Source: Opisthocomus hoazin (lineage: Eukaryota). From it: DNA of 64,000 nucleotides. Below, one piece after another: positions 1 to 12,237 of the stretch (position 1 is its first letter; the number at the start of each line of letters is the position of its first letter). A model generated the notes under the pieces. It was not told the DNA's origin. It did no database searches and saw only the letters and a program-made list of their open reading frames with translations. The DNA lies in NCBI RefSeq assembly GCF_030867145.1, contig NC_134414.1:22742810-22806809 (forward strand). Direction: 5' to 3'. A program made the translations under genes and the position numbers.

Positions 1-303
1 TTTTACTCTGAGGATAAAAATCACTACCACCTACTAAGGTTTTGTTGAGCCTTGCCAAAATTATCAGATGAAAATCAGTTGCTAAAGAGGAATTTTATGA
101 TTATGCTAGTAGAAAGGAAAGTTTTTGAGAAATGAGGTATCTGTAGTATATCACAGTGTGAATTCTACTGTGTTAAAAATATATGTGTGTATGTATTTAA
201 TAACACTTTTTGAAGCTGTCAGATTGTGTCTAAAGTATTTGTGGGAGGTTTGATATTTTATTTCAAATATGTAGGTTTTTTTCCTTAAAGTTTTGATTTG
301 CAG

Positions 304-403
304 GCCCTTCAGTTGCAATACTGAAGAGAAAAATGTTCAGCACCCAGTTCCGTCAAGTGGTGGGCTGAAAGTCAAACCGGCTCTAGCTGCATCAGGAGAC
401 ATG
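304..403 (+). CDS. RNF17: RNF17 candidate exon (PFSCNTEEKNVQHPVPSSGGLKVKPALAASGDM)
   Basis: Strong acceptor (ttccttaaagttttgatttgcag|g) and donor atg|gtgtgt. Open frame. Ends in phase 0, which matches the next candidate. Confidence 0.4.
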
Positions 404-2601
404 GTGTGTTAATGTGCATTTTCCTTATCTTCTCACTTGTTATTTTTGTATATGCATAGTTAATACTGCACTTCTTAAATCAGAAAAAACTTGCAGCCTT
501 AATAGTTACATGCTATTGTTCCATCTTACCATGGAATTGATGTGCAGCTGCAGTGTTAATAAAATAACTTGACAAAATGAGTGCTTCTGAAACCCAACCG
601 GATCATAGCTGAGGAGGGCTAGTGTATTCAGCTGGCTGTGAAACTGCATTTTGAATTTAGCCTTTCTTAAAAAACATTTGAGGCTTCACAATATTTGGGT
701 GTGGGGCTTTTTTTAATTTCTTTTTAAATTCAAGACAGCTGCAAGGCTCATGCAATACAGCCTTAAAGTAGTCATTCAGGGCAACAAGATAGTTGGAAAA
801 ATGGATCTTTCTTGAAAGGTTAAGTTTTCTAACGAGGTCTTTTGTGCAGTTTTAGGCCAGGTGAACTAATGTTGTGGATACTTTAAGATGACAGGATAAA
901 ATGGAAATGGATGATACATCCTGTCCCAGTCTTGTTTTCTTCTATGGAGATTGTCCTCTACAGTTACTTTAAAGGATTCATAACTTGTAAATTCCTGTCT
1001 TGGCTTCTTGGCCAGTTTTGTTACAGTGCCCATTGAAGTTTAAAAATTGTTTTCTTCTCTGATCACTTTTTTGAAAAGTCTATTTGAAATAAAGCCATAT
1101 CATGTTATCTTTAACTTCATTATATTACTGTTGACAAAATATTAAAGGAAATAGCCTGAGGTTATCTTTGAAGTATCTGGAGTTTGAGGTCATAAGTAAT
1201 ATTTTGGTGGTAGTCACCTCTTCTGTTGACAAAATATTTCCTTTTTTTGGGGAAAGTTGTTGAGAGTGAGCTCATGTGAAAAGTCACATTTATTGAGATC
1301 CTAGTCTAACTGCTACTTACTTTTGTTTCTTATGTTTTTTTCAGACTCCTTTATTTTGTGGTTAGTGATTACTAGATCTTTGTCAGTGTCATTTCTTACA
1401 TTACTGAGTGTATCCATGTCTTTTGAGTTTTGGAAGGATTTTTATTACTGCATCATTGATCATAACAAGAACTATGAAGTAGAGAGGGAGCAATGTGATT
1501 CCATGACATCTTCACCTCTTGCATCTCTTTGCATCTGCTCAAAATACAGTGGGAATAGTTGCCGTAGGGAAGTGTTGCTAACACAGTTAACATCTGAGTC
1601 ATAATAGGGGGAAGGTTTTCTTCCCTTTTTCTGCTCATGGGAAGGAGGCAGAATGGGTCTGAGATGTTCAGATACATTAATTAGAAGGTTGTTCTAGAGA
1701 TGAAAGTGACAACAAATATATTGAATAAACTCTGTAATGATTCGTGTCACAGGTTTCTCCCAGATGGTGGGTAGGACTGCCTTTCACTTACATCAGTGTC
1801 TGGTCAGAGGCAGAACTGTTTCAGGGTTTTGAACTCTAAGCTTTCATTTTTCTCTTGTTTGTGTTCTCCTTAACACTAGTGAGGAACCCTTTAGAAACTG
1901 GAGATGTTTGCGTGTTAGTAAAGTTGCCTTTTGGCGAGGTGAACTGGTTGCCTAATAGTGACATAATTCCACAGCACCATCCCTGACTTCTTGGGGCATC
2001 CCCAGTTCATGATGTTCTCATTTTGCTTTTAGCAAGATACCAGTACTCCTAACGCTAGCTTCAGTAGTGCCAGTGACAAAATAAGACATTTCTGTATGTA
2101 CACTTGCTTCTGTGCCAATTCACACGCAAGTATTTTATTCTCTTTTCTTGTATCAGAATAATACTGGGAGCTTATTACTTTTTTATAAACAAGTTTTGTT
2201 GCCCCAGATGATATTCCTAAATATTTTACTTTTTTCTAGGCTGCAGTACTCCCATTCTTCAATCTTGCATGCTTTCTTTCCTCTGTATTAGTAACTTTAT
2301 TTTGCTTTTCTTTCATGTACTATTTTTTCACTTGGTTTTTGTGCATGTGTGCAAATAAATTGCATGTGTTTAACAAAAGAATTCAGAATCCATGTTTCTG
2401 AACTACTACAATGTTAATGTTCTTAGTGAAATTCAGGTGAGCTAAGTATTTTGGGCCTGTTTGCAGCTATAGAGCTGCTCCGAGCCTTACTGATCATCAG
2501 TCAGTCACATGAAGTGCCTCTGTCAAAATGGCAAAGAAGTATAGCCCATCTTGTCTTCTAGTCATACAAGCAACTTTGTTCATTGGCAAATGTTTCCTCA
2601 G

Positions 2602-2682
2602 GACAGCAAAACTATGGAAGATATTGATGAAGCTTTGTGCATAGCTATTTGCAATCTCAGCCACTTACATGATGCAGACGAG
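2602..2682 (+). CDS. RNF17: RNF17 candidate exon (DSKTMEDIDEALCIAICNLSHLHDADE)
   Basis: Acceptor tgtttcctcag|g and donor gag|gtgggt. 27 codons. The phase does not fit the exon at 5548, so an exon is probably missing in between. Confidence 0.35.
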
Positions 2683-4531
2683 GTGGGTGAAAATAAGTTA
2701 AATAAATCATGAAATATTAAATCCTGTTCTTGCTTGAAGCTTTTTGTTACGAGCAGTCACACATTATCATGCTATTTAAACATGCTTTTACTGCCTCTTT
2801 TTTGGCATCTTGTCTGTCCTTCAAATATTTGTTCTCTTTCTGTGAATATAGAGCTTTAAACTCCAGACTATAGTGTGTAAAGGAGCACATGAGCCTATGC
2901 GTAACTTAAAAGTTACTAGGTCAATCCATATGTTTAGCAGAACAATATATAAGCCAATTTTTAAGTACTAAGCTTGTGTTTCAGTGGATCAGGGTAAAAT
3001 TCAGCATTTGTTTTTGCTCTAGCAACTATGCTAACTCTCTAGTTTTCATGTGCCTCTTTCTGGATTTAAAGGTGAAAAAGAAATTATCTGGGCAACAGAA
3101 GTAACAATATTAACAGACAAAGCATGCAAAATATGTAAGTCAAGTAATGCAATTTGATATGGACAATATGAAATACAGGAAGACTGAAAATACTGGATAA
3201 TGCTGTTAACAAGTTTTACTGAACAATCAATGGCAATTATTTTATTTAAGCTTTGACGCTTACTAATTGTGCTGTGGAAAAGCTTGCAGTTGTCTTTGCC
3301 GTTTATTTATATTTTACATGTATTCTAAGATACCTGGGCATATAAGTGTTTAATGTTCTAAAAGCTTAAGGAAATTCATTCTAGTAAGTGTGGCAAGAAG
3401 GTTTCTTACAACCTGTTTTCCATTCCTATTCTAACTTGTTTGTTGCAGTGGCTGATCTGTCAGTTAAGCAGTGTTATGTTAAATACTTAATTCGTATACT
3501 GATAGCATCTTGTAAAAACCTGCCCTTTCAGCCGCTCTGATATAGTAACATGCATATGACTGTGGTCTTCCAACAGCTATTCAACAAAGACTGAGAATTG
3601 TCAAAGCAGTGTTGCATTACTGAGGTGTTTTTCCATAGTCTCGTTGTTAAATGTAACTATAATGACAAAACTGATGCTTACCCAGACAAGGAATATTTTT
3701 CTCCTTTCTGCTCACAATGCATTTAAAAAAATGGTGGAAATCTGTGTGTGGTACTACATTAAAATGTCAAGTAAGGAAAGTGGGGCAGTGGGTCCAAGAT
3801 CTATGTGTTTCTTGCTTCATAGACGTAAAGACTTAGCTGACGGGAAGATCCAGACAGTGTGAGCTGACTAGATGTTAGAGAAAACAAAGGGATTAATGAG
3901 CTATAATTGGTTTAAGTGTCATTCTTAAGTGGTTTAGTGTCACTTTCTACTGGAGTATTGATTGCTGTCTTAGTATTCATTGCTTCTGAATTTAAAAAAA
4001 AGACTAATGAAATAATAATAAATAATGAAATAACTGCATGTTTGTTCAATACTGAACAAAATAGATGCTGAAATACTTGGAATTGAAAGTGAAGCAGGAA
4101 GGAGACAAAGTTGCAGAAACTGCAGATAGAGCATTTGATGAACTTATTACTTCTCTCCTCTCAAGGTAGTAATTGATTTGTTGGATGGTGGGGGCTGAGT
4201 TTTTTATCAAGTTGTTTCTAGTTCAGATAAAAAAACCCTCTAAATAAAATTTCAGTCTTCCTCATAACGCTATTTCATAATACCTGTCTTTAATTTTTGT
4301 GCACTGTTTTTGCCCTTTCATGTTGGCATCTTGGAGCTGTTTTGCATGGTTGGAAAACACTGGTGTATACAGCCTCTGCTCTTTAAAAAAAAAAGAAAAA
4401 GCTTGGGATAGTTTTAATGACATTAGTTTTTTGAAATAGCTCATTTATGAGGTTTTTTTGATATTGATATTAGTGAATGATCAATTTAACAGCAAGAATA
4501 ACTTTTTTAAAAATTGACTTTTTAATTGTAC

Positions 4532-5075
4532 TCATCTGGAGTACTGTGTCCAGTTCTGGGCTCCCCAGTTCAAGAAGGATGAAGAGCTACTGGAGAGAGT
4601 CCAGCGGAGGGCTACAAGGATGGTGAGGGGACTGGAGCATCTCCACTACGAGGAGAGGTTGAGGGAACTGGGCTTGTTCAGCCTGAAGAAGAGAAGGCTG
4701 CGAGGGGACCTTATAAATGCCTACAAATATCTGAAGGGTGGGTGTCAGGAGGATGGGGCCAAGCTCTTTTCAGTGGTGCCCAGTGACAGGACAAGGGGTA
4801 ATGGGCACAAACTGAGGCACAGGAAGTTCCGTCTGAACATGAGGAAGAACTTCTTCTCTCTGAGGGTGACGGAGCACTGGAACAGGCTGCCCAGGGAGGT
4901 TGTGGAGTCTCCTTCTCTGGAGATATTCAAGACCCGCCTGGACAAGGTCCTGTGCAGCCTGCTGTAGGTGACCCTGCTTCGGCGGGGGGGTTGGACTAGA
5001 TGACCCACAGAGGTCCCTTCCAACCCCTACTATTCTGTGATTCTGTGATTCTGTGATTCTGTGACTTTCTGTGAA
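4532..5075 (+). mobile_element. CR1 LINE 3' fragment (ORF2 C-terminus plus 3'UTR) ending in an (ATTCTGTG)n microsatellite
   Basis: Encodes [79 protein letters not shown]. Tail attctgtgattctgtgattctgtgac at 5029-5075. Confidence 0.9.
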
Positions 5076-5547
5076 TTTTCAAGCTGATAGAAGCCCAAGG
5101 GTGCTTTATTTCTTCATGTTCGAAAATACTTGTATCTTCAGATTTAGGAGGGAGGAGGGTGTGTCAAAGCTTAGGAGTCCAGAAGAACCTCTGAGGGGGG
5201 AATCTGATATCTCAGTAGGCTGAATTGTAAAATCTAACTGTTGAGTTTTTGGTTGCATGTGCATGGAAATATCAGGAGGCTTGAATGGAAGAGTGCTTTA
5301 AACATTTAATAAAAAAATACTTCTGTGAATGAAGTGGCTTTTCAGTGTGAACTCTTGTGGTTCCTCCTATTATTGAATGTGTTTTCCATGCTTTCTACTT
5401 CCCACTGTTTGAGGAAAATGATATTTCTGTGTGAGGCGTATCCACTTGGTATTGTGGTATAACTGGCAGTTGTATGTTATAGTAGAAGTTTGAATCTGTA
5501 CATCTGAGATGCTTATTAAATTCTGAAAAGTAATGTTTTTAACACAG

Positions 5548-5719
5548 GAAAAGGAATTTGTGTGCAGAATTAGTGAAGAACATCAACAACTACAATGCTG
5601 GTGTTGCAAAAGCTAAACAAGTCGTTGAGGAGAAAGAAGAGTGTTTGATTGGTGCCATTAGGATTACAAAGGAATTAAAAATGACACCTTCTGTAAGAGC
5701 CTATTGTGATCTTGAGCAG
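5548..5719 (+). CDS. RNF17: RNF17 exon (..KRNLCAELVKNINNYNAGVAKAKQVVEEKEECLIGAIRITKELKMTPSVRAYCDLEQ)
   Basis: Acceptor ttttaacacag|g and donor cag|gtagct. The phase continues into the next exon. Confidence 0.55.
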
Positions 5720-7089
5720 GTAGCTATATTCTTGCACTGTGAAATAATTTATTTAACAAATACATTCAAATTTTGATAGAAAATTTCTCTGATCTGTTCT
5801 CCAATTTACCAACTTCAGTACTGAGATTTTTGCAGTAGTGTATTCTTGCCCCACTTCTACACGTGCACACAGAGTTTATGTTTGGTCTTGGTCACAAATT
5901 ATGGTCTGGTGACTGATGTGAAGCAAAAAAGTTGATCCTTGCCTCGAAGAGCGTGCTATCTGAAACAGCAAAATGGAGGCGGTGGGGACAGGAAAACTGA
6001 CACGGGACTGAACGGTGAAAGGGCAGTGTCTAAAGCGTTTCCCATACCAAAGCTCTCCAGCCTTCTCACTGACCTACTCCAGAATTAATAGCCATGCTCC
6101 CCTGATCCTTTTGGTCACAGACCTTTACTTCCATTCTTCCTCCCCATCATATCTGCAGTTTGTAGAAACATACGCTAGCTGCTGTGCTGTATCAGACCAA
6201 AGATGCATCTTGTGAAGTCTGCTGTCTCTGACAACAGAGAGGAAAATATGCTTGGAGGAAGAATCTGAGAACCTGGGCATTTAGTGAGCATAGGAAGTTG
6301 AAGGTTAAGGATTTTTAATCAGTAGGATGCATCACAAAGTGAAGATTATCTCATTGTGTCATAAGCTTGTGTAACAGTTCCTTGCATGTCTTCATAATGC
6401 TTGTGGCAGTGTGTGCGTGTGTGTGTACATATGTACATTATATGTATGTATTCATATGCAGTGCCAGTGAGTTCCATGTTTCAGTATTTAAAATGAGGTC
6501 TATATAAAATAGCTCTGTTCTTTCTAAATCTACTACCAAGTTACTTTATTTGGAGACTTTGTAGTCCATGTATTGAGAAAAATAATGAAAATCTGGTTTT
6601 GTCATTGTTCGAAGTGGTGTGATTTTTAGACTGTCATGTTCCTTGCATCCAGTTGTCACTCTCCATGCAAAGAAACTTAGCCTTTCTCATCTGACCCGTG
6701 AGAGAAGTCCGATCACTCCTTTTTTTTTCTGGCATTTGCCTCCATCTTGCCCAGTGTGACCTTTGGGTGCTGACACCCACCACTGTCCTCCCACAGGCCT
6801 ACCTTCTTAGAAGTCCCCTTCGCAGGAGCTGTTCGTACAAAGGGAAAATCTAGCTCCTGCTTCTGTGTGCATGCTACCATTTACAAAGTCCCCAGCCATC
6901 AGGTCTTAGCAGTGTAAGAAGGCATAATTGAGAATTGGCTATTGGCTGTTAATGAGTAAACTCTTGGGCTTTTTTCTTTCTTCATCATTAAAGATGTCAT
7001 GCACTGGCTTTGTCATGTTGTAAATAATAGATGCCTGTATAATCTGCTTTTTATATAATAGAAACTAAGACTGTACTTCTTAATTTCAG

Positions 7090-7166
7090 GTTCTTTATAA
7101 TTTGAAGTTGCCAGTTGAGGCTGAGCTCTCAAGAGTGAATAGTTTGAAGGAAAAAATATCTCCAAG
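7090..7166 (+). CDS. RNF17: RNF17 exon (VLYNLKLPVEAELSRVNSLKEKISP)
   Basis: Acceptor ttaatttcag|g and donor ccaag|gtaaac. Phase 0 in, phase 2 out; matches the next exon. Confidence 0.55.
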
Positions 7167-7907
7167 GTAAACGACTGGAGTGGGAGGTATATTGGGAGGT
7201 AAATGGATGCACTGGTTATCTTAGTTACAGAGACTGTTCATGTAACAGTTAAACAGCAGAAATCAAACTGCTTCACTTGCGTTTTACTGGAAAACTTCTA
7301 GTTCAGACGTATATGAACTCATCACTAACAATGCGCAGTAGCCTTCATCTGAGGCATCAGGGAGATACGCTGCTAGGTAAATGTATATGTACATTTAAAG
7401 AATTCCTGACAGACTTCTGCTACTTTTAAACTTCCTCTCCTTTTCTTAGAAAGAAATTGGGGAAGTAATGGATTACTTATTTTTTAAAAATGTATTTGTT
7501 TCTCACCTTTAAGGAACACTTAAATGCTTTTGGAACCACGGATGTCTAAGAAGAAATTTGTCAAAAATACCAGTTACCAAGTTGCCCTCACTGGAATTGG
7601 AAAATAGAATTTCTGTACCAGAAATGAGCAAGAAAGTGTGTCATAGCTGTGGTACAGCTGACCATGTGCAGCTTGGTCATAAGGCTGGTCAGACTACTGT
7701 AATCCTAGTGTATAAAAGCCACATTCAGGAGCAATGAAGGAGCGATATAACAAAGATGGTGTTAGGTTGGAACATCTTGAGGATTACATTATATTTTAGG
7801 ACATGGAACGACTCGGGGGGATAGAGTGGTTGTGTGCCATCAGATTCTGAATCGCATAGAGGAATGAAGCCCAAAGCTGGCTACTTGCATGCAAAGTGTG
7901 AAAAATT

Positions 7908-8020
7908 GTCATAGAAACATTTAGGTTGGCAAAGGCGGTTAAGATCATCGAGTCTAACCGTGAAGTTAACCCTGCCAAATCCACCATTAAATATGTTGTG
8001 AAGCGCCATCCATACAAGTC
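7908..8020 (-). mobile_element. Antisense CR1-family 3'-end fragment
   Basis: aggttggcaaaggcggttaagatcatcgagtctaacc is the reverse complement of the CR1 3' terminus type gttggactcgatgatcttaaaggtcttttccaacctaaatg. Compare the sense copy at 45480-45520. Confidence 0.6.
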
Positions 8021-8026
8021 TTAAAT

Positions 8027-8475
8027 CGTAGAATGGTTTGGGTTGGGGGGACCTTTAAAGGTCATGTAGACCAACCCCCCCCGGCAGTGAGCAGGGACAT
8101 CTTCAGCTCAATCAGGTTGCTCAGAGCCCTGTCCAGCCTGGCCTTGAATGTTTCCAGGGATTAGACGTCTAACACCTCTCTGGGCAACCTGTGGCAGTGT
8201 TTCACCACCCTCATTGTAAAGCATTTCTTCCTTATATCCAGTCTAAATCTACCCTCTTTTAGTTTAAAACCATTACCCCTTGTCCTATTGCAACAGGCCC
8301 TGTTAAAAAAAAAAATCTGTCCCCATCTTTCTTATAAGTACTTCATTTTATTAGTACTTTAAGTACTGGAAGGCTGCAGTGAGGTCTCCCTGGAGCCTTC
8401 TCGAGGCTGAACAGCCCCAACACTCTGAGCCAAATGACTCCAGGGATGATGACCCACTTCCCTGGGCAGCCCAGT
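8027..8475 (-). mobile_element. Antisense, old and diverged CR1 3' fragment
   Basis: Read on the + strand it gives the reverse complement of the 3' end (tagaatggtttgggttgggggg acc), then of HWNRLP (ctctgggcaacctg), then of [15 protein letters not shown] (ccttctcgaggctgaacagcccc), then of CVQFWAPQ. Confidence 0.7.
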
Positions 8476-8892
8476 TCCAATACTTGACAAAAATCATGAT
8501 GATTCCTGTCATATGTCAGTTGAGTCGTTAGAATATGGATAAAGGAATCTTTAAAACCATCTTTTAGTAAAGTTAAAGACTTGGTAGGTAGGGCCTATTT
8601 TGAAGATAATGTCAGAGATGGATGATAATTTCAGAGAAGCCTGTGTAAGTGCGCAATGTCAAAACTCACAACCTAGAAGAAAGCTAAAAAATGACAAAAT
8701 CAAATACATTTGTATTGGGAGACCTTTTAAAAAGTTGAACAAAACAGGGTAAAAAAAGAGATCTGATGAAGGATTAGCATAAAGGCCTTGCATGCTGGTG
8801 CCACTCCAAAATAATACCGAAGGTGAAAAAATCATAGCTGGGAGGTGCATAGGAGTTGACACACAACGAAGAGAAGATAGGTTCCTGAAGGA

Positions 8893-8910
8893 GGGGGGGG
8901 GGGGGGGGGG
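8893..8910. repeat. Homopolymer (G)18
   Basis: A run of 18 G read directly from the sequence. Confidence 0.95.
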
Positions 8911-9864
8911 AAGAAGGGCTGTTCAATCCTGCTTACACTTCAGTTTTGGCAAATTGTTCGTTATAATGGACAGCAAAGCTAAGGATTTGATTGAATTAAG
9001 TTATATTTACAGTTCTGTAAAAGTACTTAGAAGATTTTGCTAGCTGTCATCGGCAAAGGAAACAGCTGTTTATTAGTGTAAAAACAGAACAAAAAGAATG
9101 TACATTTTGGACTTCAGTTACGATTTTGTTCTTCAGGACTGTTGGAGAGCATTTTTTCTCCATACAGAATAATTTATTGAACTAAAATGGGTATAGGTGT
9201 GAAAACTCAGTAAGTGAATTATGGAGTACTCTCTGCATGAGAAAGAGAGCGAGCAAAAGGCAAGAGTTTTGAATTCTGAATGTGAAGTTAAATGAGCAGC
9301 CAAATCTGTTGTTAATAGGAGTAAAAGAATGAAACTGGAGTAGGTAATTAAATGTCTTATTTTGCCCCTCCATGAATATTGTGCTGAAAAATACTATACA
9401 TCTCAAACTGTCAGAGTGACTCAGGTATTCATGTCACCTTCTGTAATGTTTCTTCTCCCGAGATTCTTCCTGAACACTGAGGAGATAACACCTTTGTTAA
9501 AAAATTTGGGCAAGATTGAGTGGGGAACAACAGGGCAGTAAGTATTTTTTTAATAAAGAGGGTAGGTCCAGTAACTTACCTGTTCTTCTAATGGTTAAAT
9601 ATTTATTGGAGATTAAATTAAAAAAAAAAAACACCACCACAAGAACTGTTTATGCTTGTGGGTTTCTAAGAGTACAATGAAACAGAAGAAAACTTCAGAT
9701 GCTGGTATTTCAGTCAGCATTCCAGTTAATCCAATTAGTGTTTCAGTTCTGACATTTCAGTTTTGCTTATGTTTCACTCAACTATATTTCACTGTATCAC
9801 TTAAGTTATCGAGATTTTTTTGATGCTGAGTGCTTTTCAGCTTTTGCTGGCATTTAGTGATACA

Positions 9865-9990
9865 GTCATAGAATCATTTAGGTTGGAAAAGACCTTTAAG
9901 ATCAAGTGCAACCTAACACTGCCAAGTCCACCACTAAACCATGTCCCTAAGCATCACATCTACACGTTCATTGTACACGTAGTAGAGATG
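9865..9990 (-). mobile_element. Antisense CR1-family 3'-end fragment
   Basis: catagaatcatttaggttggaaaagacctttaagatcaagtgcaacctaacactgccaagtccaccactaaacc is a typical antisense CR1 terminus. Confidence 0.6.
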
Positions 9991-10707
9991 TTTTGTCATT
10001 CCAGCATATGAAAATTGCTGCTTGTAAGTGCAAATAAATCTGTAAAATCAACAGCAAATGCTGAAATTTATAGTATTTCCATTTCATAGTCTAAATACTG
10101 ATCATGTCATATGCCAAAAGAAATGACTGAAGATTAACTTGAACCAGAAAAAAAATGATTTTTGTTTTTAAAATCACAAATTGTTTTATTTTATTAGTCA
10201 CCTTTATTTTTCTCCACAGTCTTTGACAAAAACTTGAGAAAGTGGAATGGAGTTGCCATTAGGGCTGTTGTAGTTAGCACTGGTTATGCTAAAAAAGGCT
10301 TATTGCATACTGTAATACTTGAAAATACTGCAGATTACAGTGAAGAGTAACTGTTCGTACAAAAGCAACTGACATGCCTTCTGTTTTTAATGTGAACTAT
10401 CTATCACATTATTAACATTTTTTTCAAATAGTTTGCATTTCTACCTGTAGTGTCTCTTTGATCATTTAAGCAGGGGTAGCTCTTGTACTGAGCTGTGCCC
10501 GAGAATATGTGCCACTTCTGTGCCAGTCCTTTTAGTTTTCGGAAATCAAGGTACTGTTTTTGTTGTCTTGGTGTACCAGCTCTTAACAAGGTGTTTTTTT
10601 AACATAGTGATACATTCTTAATAAAACCTCTGCTTTGACTCATGCTTTTCTGAAAACAGGCTGAATTATATTAATTTCTTTCAAACTAAATGTTTTCCCA
10701 AATCTAG

Positions 10708-10982
10708 TGAAGATAATGGACAACACAATCTTATCCTTGATGACAAAGAAGAAATGCCAGGCTGTGATACTCAATCATCTGTAGAGAATATGTTTCCGGC
10801 ACTTAGCAGAGAAAGTAAAGTAAAGGCTCTTGCGAATCAACGTGGTGTTCACAAAGAAGTGAAAAATACTCAAGTAGAAGAAACACTTCCTATGATATGT
10901 CATCATAGTGTTTCTGCTCTGCCCAAGTCTCCATCCAGCCCTGATGTCATAATAGAAGAAATATTTGAAGATGACCTGGAAA
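10708..10982 (+). CDS. RNF17: RNF17 exon (SEDNGQHNLILDDKEEMPGCDTQSS...SPSSPDVIIEEIFEDDLE)
   Basis: Acceptor aatctag|t and donor a|gtaagt. 275 nt open frame. Phase consistent with both neighbours. Confidence 0.65.
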
Positions 10983-12159
10983 GTAAGTTGCTTAATACCT
11001 GACGCTTTCAATGTTCCATTGTCAAGCATGATGTTATTTATATGTTTTGTATTATGTTGTATATTTGTAGTTATACTGGGCTCTCATGAATTCTTTAATG
11101 ACGTCTGTATTTCACTTTATATTCCTTTGAGCTATCATCGTTTCTTTTTTGTCCTTCTTCAGCTTAGCTTAGTGAAAACTTTCTCATAAGTCCTTTCCAA
11201 GAGGGGTCATAAGTTCCTGTGTCTGCCTGAATGAGTCTCTTTGTCTCTTAGTTATTACAGTCCTCATCAGAGTTTCTGACATTGGCTCCTGGAGGGTGCT
11301 TTTCTGGCAGTTCACTTGGATTCCCGAGTCTTTTCCTGGGGCATTGTCCTATGTTAACTGGCAATATCAGTTAGGTTCTTCAGCTTGTCAGGCTTTTCCT
11401 GGACTGTATTAGTAAGAGTGTAGCGAACAGGTCCAGAAAGTGATCCTTCCCTTCTGTTAGGCTCTTGTGAGACTGAATCTGGAGTACCATGTCTGGTTTT
11501 GGAACATGCAGTACTGAAAGTCACAATCTAGCAGAACCTACCAAGCTGGTGTCCAGGAGGGGCTCAGGGCTAGGGCTGAAGGTGTTAGGAACAAGTTGGA
11601 ACATGGAAATTCCAGTTAGATAATAAAGGTAGAATAGATAGATATACCCAGCAGTGTGATTAAGATGCTTAACTTCAGTGTTCTGTGTCCACAACATACC
11701 TAGAAAATCCCTATGATCAGTAATGCTTGGGGAGGAGGAGGCAGAGGGTGGGGGTGGTATATGAGAGTGATTGTGGTAGCATATAACTGTGATCAAGGTG
11801 AAGTAAATTTCAGAGCTTGGGCATGACTGTCTAAAATAGCATATTCCAGAATCCCAGTGGATTTTACAAAACTTGTCAGAACAAAATTCCTTGAAACTGC
11901 AGTGTTATATGAGTTTTGCATGTCTTGACCCTGTGAATTTTGATGGTAGTTTTGTAATCTTGGAATTAGCATGTGGACTGGTCATGTGCATGTAGTCACT
12001 GTGTGTGCATTTGTTGCAGTCACATCAGATGCAAGAATTTTTGTCTTTGCAGTACCCTTACAATGTATGTAATTTCTCTTTACCGCGTTTGCTGCTTTAC
12101 TACGTACATATAAATACTTAGCTGACGTAATTCACTGAACTTTTCTCCTAAAACAATAG

Positions 12160-12237
12160 AGTTTCCCGCAGAATATCATGCTGACAGACAGAGGAAGAAA
12201 CTCTTCAAGAAGGAAACACCTTCTCAACACAAAGCTG
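12160..12237 (+). CDS. RNF17: RNF17 exon (KFPAEYHADRQRKKLFKKETPSQHKA)
   Basis: Acceptor ttttctcctaaaacaatag|a and donor gctg|gttagt. The phase (1 in, 1 out) links cleanly to exon 10708 and to exon 17103. Confidence 0.5.

Noticed and set aside
3071-3135. A possible small exon (tttaaag|gtg ... atat|gtaagt) between candidate exons 2602 and 5548
   Set aside because: It has good splice sites. However, its only open frame needs phase 1 in and gives phase 1 out, which fits neither 2602-2682 nor 5548.
4620-4967. ORFs of 100-140 aa at 4620, 15407, 18003, 31671, 56960 and 57112 containing [10 protein letters not shown] and HWNRLPRE, considered as a paralogous host gene family
   Set aside because: All of them are CR1 ORF2 C-terminal fragments, and they occur on both strands.
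5029-5075. attctgtg tandem repeats, also at 15700, 20375 and 32100, considered as a CRISPR-like or regulatory repeat array
   Set aside because: They are the diagnostic 3'-terminal octamer microsatellite of CR1 elements. Each lies immediately after a CR1 3'UTR.
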